DNA from: Candidatus Pacearchaeota archaeon
Lineage (GTDB): Bacteria; Patescibacteriota; Minisyncoccia; Minisyncoccales; UBA5738
DNA length: 64,000 nt
Assembly: GCA_035362275.1 (NCBI GenBank)
Contig: DAOSDI010000001.1
Coordinates: 22,777 to 86,776 of the forward strand
Direction: 5' to 3'
The notes beneath the pieces are model-generated. The model saw only the letters and a program-made list of their open reading frames with translations, was not told where the DNA came from and made no database searches. Made by a program: the position numbers and the translations under genes. Below, in pieces: positions 58,324-64,000 of the stretch (the first letter of the stretch is position 1; each line of letters opens with the position of its first letter).

Positions 58324-58561
58324 ATGCATTTCGTCTACATTCTAAAATGTGCCGATGGTGATTTGTATATCGGTTGCACGGAAAATATTGAAGAAAGATT
58401 GAATCGCCACAATACTGGGCAGGTACTGGCAACAAAAACAAGATTGCCGATCGAATTAATTTCATATTTTGCTATCCCCGAATAAATACAAATCCTTTGA
58501 ATTTGAAAAATATCTCAAATCCGGCTCCGGCCGCGCCTTCATCAAAAAGCACTTAGCTTGA
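58324..58561 (+). pseudogene. Small GIY-YIG nuclease, frameshifted (absent from ORF track)
   Basis: MHFVYIL..LYIGCT..ERL.RHN.G; C-terminus FEKYLKSGSGRAF is in frame only if C4 (58476-79) is C3. Confidence 0.85.
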
Positions 58562-58655
58562 CCAAAGATCAGATTTGGCGCTATTTTTTACAAAAAATCC
58601 GCAACGCGGATTTTTTGATATTCGGCGATTCGCCGTTCAACGCGACTCAGCGATT

Positions 58656-58817
58656 CTATTTCTTGGCTTCCTTGTGTTTGGTGTGCTTTCTGCAAGTGTT
58701 GCAAAACTTTGACAATTCCAGCTTGCCTTCCATCGTTTTGGATTTGTGGCTGCGATAATTGATCTCTTTGCAAACCGGGCATGTCATTTTTACGAAAGGT
58801 TTCTTTTTTGTGGCCAT
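58656..58817 (-). CDS. rpmG: 50S ribosomal protein L33, Zn-binding type (absent from ORF track)
   Basis: MATKKKPFVKMTCPVCKEINY..KLELSKFCNTCRKHTKHKEAKK. Confidence 0.93.
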   Translation of the reverse strand: MATKKKPFVKMTCPVCKEINYRSHKSKTMEGKLELSKFCNTCRKHTKHKEAKK

Positions 58818-58919
58818 GTTTCAAATTAAAAAGTAAAAATGAAAAATTAAAAACGAAAACCGGTTTTTAATTTTTAATTGTCTTTTTTCCTTTTTAAATC
58901 TTAAATTTTAACTTTTATG

Positions 58920-58991
58920 AGCCCGAGAGAGGAGTTGAACCTCCGACCTACTCCTTACCATGGAGTTGCTCTGCCTCTGAGCTACCCGGGC
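58920..58991 (-). tRNA. tRNA-Thr(GGU)
   Basis: ACTCC-ATGGTAA-GGAGT; GGTTCAACTCC. Confidence 0.92.
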
Positions 58992-59027
58992 GTTTCAATT
59001 TTGATTTTTCAATTTTAAATTTTTGTG

Positions 59028-59109
59028 TGGGCTGGGAGGGATTTGCACCCCCGAAGGCAGAGCCACCGCGTTTACAGCGCGGCCCCTTTGGCTACTTGGG
59101 TACCAACCC
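59028..59109 (-). tRNA. tRNA-Tyr(GUA)
   Basis: CCGCG-CTGTAAA-CGCGG; long variable arm; T-loop TGCAAAT. Confidence 0.9.
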
Positions 59110-59311
59110 GTTGAAATGTCAAAAATCAAATTCAAATTCAAGTTCAAATATCAAAAGCCAAATACTGCGGCGCGCAAACAAAACCATTATACTTGTTTTT
59201 GGCAAAAAAACAAGCCATCGCCTAAAATTTGCTGACAAAATTTGCGACCGCAAAAAATGTAAGGAAATTTTCTTGATGTGTTTCTATAAAAAAATAAATT
59301 TTGTCAAATGC

Positions 59312-59330
59312 AAAAACACCCTTGCGGGTG
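59312..59330 (-). terminator. Terminator downstream of 16S
   Basis: CACCC-GCAA-GGGTG-TTTTT on the minus strand. Confidence 0.65.
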
Positions 59331-59472
59331 CTTTGATTTCCACTTTGATTAAAGAATTACTTGAAGTCGCCTTGGACTTTCGAAAACCGGTTTATTAAAG
59401 ACGAACCGATAAGCGTCTTGAAGTTAAGAGAAGAATTCTCATCCCTCAACTAAAGCCGACACTCAAAAATGT

Positions 59473-61081
<1,609 letters not shown>

Positions 61082-61340
61082 AGAGTCCAAGACAACTTCA
61101 AAAAATTCTTTCAGTGCGCGTTTTAATTTGCGCACCTTGCGTGCTTTTGTTAAAGCGCACGCGACTTTTGGCTCACGAAATATTTTTGTGGAAAATTAAA
61201 AATATTTCGCTATTCAATTTTGGAAGTTCTCGCCCCTCTGAAAGTTTGAAATTCAATGCTTGTTAAAAACAAACAAAAAATCATAATATCATACAATTTA
61301 TTATGACTTTTTTCTTGCGGTTAACTTTTTGCCAAAACGC

Positions 61341-61436
61341 TCACTTGCTTGGGCAACAACTGCAGGAGCAGATGCAAGTTTTGGGCGCCACTTTTTTCTT
61401 GTTGGTTTTTTTTGCAGGTGCTTTTTTGTCCGCCAT
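61341..61436 (-). CDS. 31-aa Lys-rich/Cys-rich microprotein (absent from ORF track)
   Basis: MADKKAPAKKTNKKKVAPKTCICSCSCCPSK; TTGACA-N17-TAAGCT promoter at 61493-61465. Confidence 0.6.
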   Translation of the reverse strand: MADKKAPAKKTNKKKVAPKTCICSCSCCPSK

Positions 61437-61838
61437 GTTTTTGTATTAACTCGGCAACAATGACAGCTTACCTTTTTTTAAAATCAATGTCAAGGACTTG
61501 CGTTTCCTGTCAAATTTTTCCAAAACGGGTTGAAAAAATTTGAAAGAAAAAGGTGGAAAAATCCGCTATAATTATTATGCAAAAAAAAATAATTGTAGCA
61601 AGAATTAAAATCGAAATCCTTCTATTTCTTTTCCGCCTCATATTTTCATCTCCTATTCTCTGGAGAATAGGAGGCAATGAACAATTGTTATTATTATTGC
61701 TATTCCTAATGTTTTTTCCTCCCTTTCCGGCAGTTCCAAATGCCGGGCATAAGCAAGTGTATAGCCCAACCGCTTCCGATTGTCAATGGTTGTGTTTCCT
61801 CTTTGGTTTTGCTAGGATGGACAATCAAGAATTCCTTT

Positions 61839-63224
61839 ATGGCCGGCGACAATATTCCGGGAAAAATCCCGCCCCAAAATTTGGAGATTGAGCAATCGGT
61901 ATTGAGTTGCCTGATGCTGGATCACAACGCGATGAGCAAAGTGGCGGACGTTTTGTCGTCCGACGATTTTTACAAACACAATCATCGCACGATCTACGAA
62001 GTTTGTCGCGAGTTGTTTGAAAAGGGCGACCCGATTGATTTTTTGTCCGTTTCCAACCGTTTGAAAGAAAAGAGCGAATTGGAAGCGATCGGCGGCAGTG
62101 CTTATTTGACCGAACTGGTTAATCTGGTACCCAGCTTCGGACATGTGGCGTCCTATGCCCGGATCGTGCGCCACAAGCGGGTTTTGCGCGACCTAATCTC
62201 GGTGTCGCGCGATATTGAAATGCTTGGTTATGATGAAAGCGAAGATTTGGAAACGGTGCTGGACGCCGCGGAAAAGAAAATTTTCAATATCGCGCAAAAA
62301 GGAATTTCCCAGGAATTTACCGCCATCAAAGAAACCTTGCCGGACGCGTTTGACCGCATTGAACGATTGTCACAAGGGAGCGGCACGCGCGGCCTGCCCA
62401 CCGGTTTTGCCGACTTGGACAAAATGCTTTCGGGTTTGCAAAAATCCGATCTGGTGATTCTGGCGGCGCGGCCATCGTTGGGTAAGTCCACGCTGGCGTT
62501 GAATATCGCCGCCAATATCGCCGCCACGGAAAAAATTCCCGTGGGGGTGTTTTCGCTGGAAATGTCAAAAGACCAAATGGTGGATCGCTTGATTTCGGCC
62601 TATTCGGGGGTGGATTTGTGGAAAATCCGCACCGGCCGATTGCAAACCGAAGACTTTGAAAACATCCAGCGGGCGCTGGGAATTTTGGCGGAAATGCCGC
62701 TGTTTATTGATGATGTCGGCTCCCCGTCCGTTTTGCAGATGAAGGCGCTGTCGCGCCGCTTGCAGGCGGAAAACGGATTGGGATTATTGGTGATTGACTA
62801 CCTGCAATTGATGGAGCCGCTCAACCGCATGGCCAGCCCGGTGCAACAGGTTTCGGAAAATTCACGCGCCCTGAAAGGATTGGCGCGCGAACTCAATATC
62901 CCCATCCTTGTCCTATCCCAGCTGTCCCGGGCGGTGGAACAGCGCATCCCGCCGGTGCCCAAGCTGTCCGACCTCCGCGAATCCGGCGCCATTGAACAGG
63001 ACGCCGATGTGGTGATGTTTATCTACCGCGAGGATCGCTATCGCGAAAACAGCGAAAAGAAAGGCATTGCCGAAATCATTGTCGCCAAGCACCGCAACGG
63101 CCCGGTGGGCAAACAGAATCTTTTCTTTGACGAGCGCACCGTGTGCTTTAAAAACTACACCGAAGGCTACGAATACCAGGATCAGGGCCAATACGCGGCA
63201 AGCGAAGAACAACTGGGAATATAA
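61839..63224 (+). CDS. dnaB: Replicative DNA helicase
   Basis: PPQNLEIEQSVL, AARPSLGKS, FSLEM, IDYLQL, LSQLSR, DLRESGAIEQDAD, KHRNGP. Confidence 0.97.
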   Translation: MAGDNIPGKIPPQNLEIEQSVLSCLMLDHNAMSKVADVLSSDDFYKHNHRTIYEVCRELFEKGDPIDFLSVSNRLKEKSELEAIGGSAYLTELVNLVPSFGHVASYARIVRHKRVLRDLISVSRDIEMLGYDESEDLETVLDAAEKKIFNIAQKGISQEFTAIKETLPDAFDRIERLSQGSGTRGLPTGFADLDKMLSGLQKSDLVILAARPSLGKSTLALNIAANIAATEKIPVGVFSLEMSKDQMVDRLISAYSGVDLWKIRTGRLQTEDFENIQRALGILAEMPLFIDDVGSPSVLQMKALSRRLQAENGLGLLVIDYLQLMEPLNRMASPVQQVSENSRALKGLARELNIPILVLSQLSRAVEQRIPPVPKLSDLRESGAIEQDADVVMFIYREDRYRENSEKKGIAEIIVAKHRNGPVGKQNLFFDERTVCFKNYTEGYEYQDQGQYAASEEQLGI

Positions 63225-63298
63225 AATCATTGATCATTGATAACTAAATCCAAACATACGCAAAAAGCGCGGTTCCCCCGCGCTTTTACGTTTGGCTA

Positions 63299-63728
63299 TT
63301 ATTTTTTCGGATTTGTATTTTCGCTACTAATTCTATCAATAACGAAATTTTTAACTTTTTGCGCCGCCTCAAAAACGCTTTCCGCTTCTTCCCATGTCAG
63401 ATCAGGAATATCGGCAGGATAGCGATCAAGAACATAAAGCTTGCTTATCTCGCTCAATTTCGGATTATCAATCAATTTTGAAATTTCCGGCGTTAATGGT
63501 TCAAGCAAGTTGGCGATTCTGATCAAATCGTGAATTTTGGGATAATCCTGGTCATAAAAAACTAACAAGCCCTTGAGATATTTTTCCGCCATTTGTTGTG
63601 ATAACGCACCAACAACACTAGGCGCGCCGTCGCGGTGCTTCAAAATTGATTGGGCGCTTAATTCATCGTTTTGCGCTTTTTTTCATCCATTCCTGCCAAA
63701 TTTTGTCCGCGGGCGGTTTATTTTGCAT
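63299..63728 (-). pseudogene. HEPN-domain protein, frameshifted
   Basis: MQNK..WQEWMKK|AQNDELSA..QQMAEKYLK..PKIHDL..RYP; in frame only if A7 (63677-83) is A6. Confidence 0.8.
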
Positions 63729-64000
63729 ACAAAAGTTTTCCTTTATTTAAAATATTTGCCACAAATTGATCTCCCATCTCCTTTCTTTTTTTGACTTGAT
63801 CGGGAGTGTAGACCAAAAAATCCATCGCAAAATCGCGCCGCAAAAAAAGGCGATCCACGTCCACTATCCGTTTTAACATTGGATCGTCGGTTTTTTTGAT
63901 GATGAAAAAATCCAAATCGCTGTCTTTGTGCGGTTTCCCCCACGCGTAAGAACCGAAAAGAATGATTTTTTCCGGCCTGTATTCGGCAACAATCTTATCG
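63718..64000 (-). CDS. Minimal nucleotidyltransferase (MNT), partial at window edge
   Basis: PEKIILFGSYAWG..DSDLDFFII read from the edge; overlaps HEPN start. Confidence 0.88.
   Translation of the reverse strand, partial: DKIVAEYRPEKIILFGSYAWGKPHKDSDLDFFIIKKTDDPMLKRIVDVDRLFLRRDFAMDFLVYTPDQVKKRKEMGDQFVANILNKGKLLYAK

Noticed and set aside
61553-61838. 112-aa ORF and N-terminal extension of DnaB
   Set aside because: Low-complexity sequence; DnaB homology starts at ATG 61839

Overview
64-kb chromosomal window from a small-genome bacterium, most likely Patescibacteria/CPR (Parcubacteria-like). This is inferred from the divergent stand-alone 16S gene, genes without Shine-Dalgarno sites, and gene content. 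It uses standard code 11. The backbone carries housekeeping genes (murG end, gltX, xer, ychF, rpmA, pyrG, rplI, xseAB, dnaX, rpmG, dnaB), peptidases, transporters, six intact tRNAs and an unlinked 16S rRNA. An AT-rich island of about 15 kb (about 33.5-49.3 kb, beside tRNA-Gln) holds two modules. (i) A LexA-like repressor sits between an Alw26I/Eco31I/Esp3I-type restriction-modification system and a divergent operon of DUF4145, trypsin protease, membrane caspase-like protein and nuclease-like ORF. (ii) The best novelty candidate is a 4.9-kb module bounded by an identical 46-bp hairpin repeat. It encodes a PheRS (pheS/pheT) whose Phe pocket is remodelled (FPF->YPE, HQxE->HHYQ) and whose anticodon-binding domain is degenerate, plus a Pol-beta-type nucleotidyltransferase split at a slippery A7. 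Other highlights: an intact tRNA-Ile nested inside the anticodon loop of a second tRNA-Ile; an archaeal-flavoured isoprenoid salvage operon (GGR-uppS-IPK-NUDIX-cupin); a putative Cys leader-peptide attenuator before tandem cysteine synthases; an active/dead M14 peptidase pair; a 16S lacking the anti-SD and carrying a helix-6 insertion; and an unannotated Cys-rich 31-aa ORF. All calls come from reading motifs by eye. No database searches were run.
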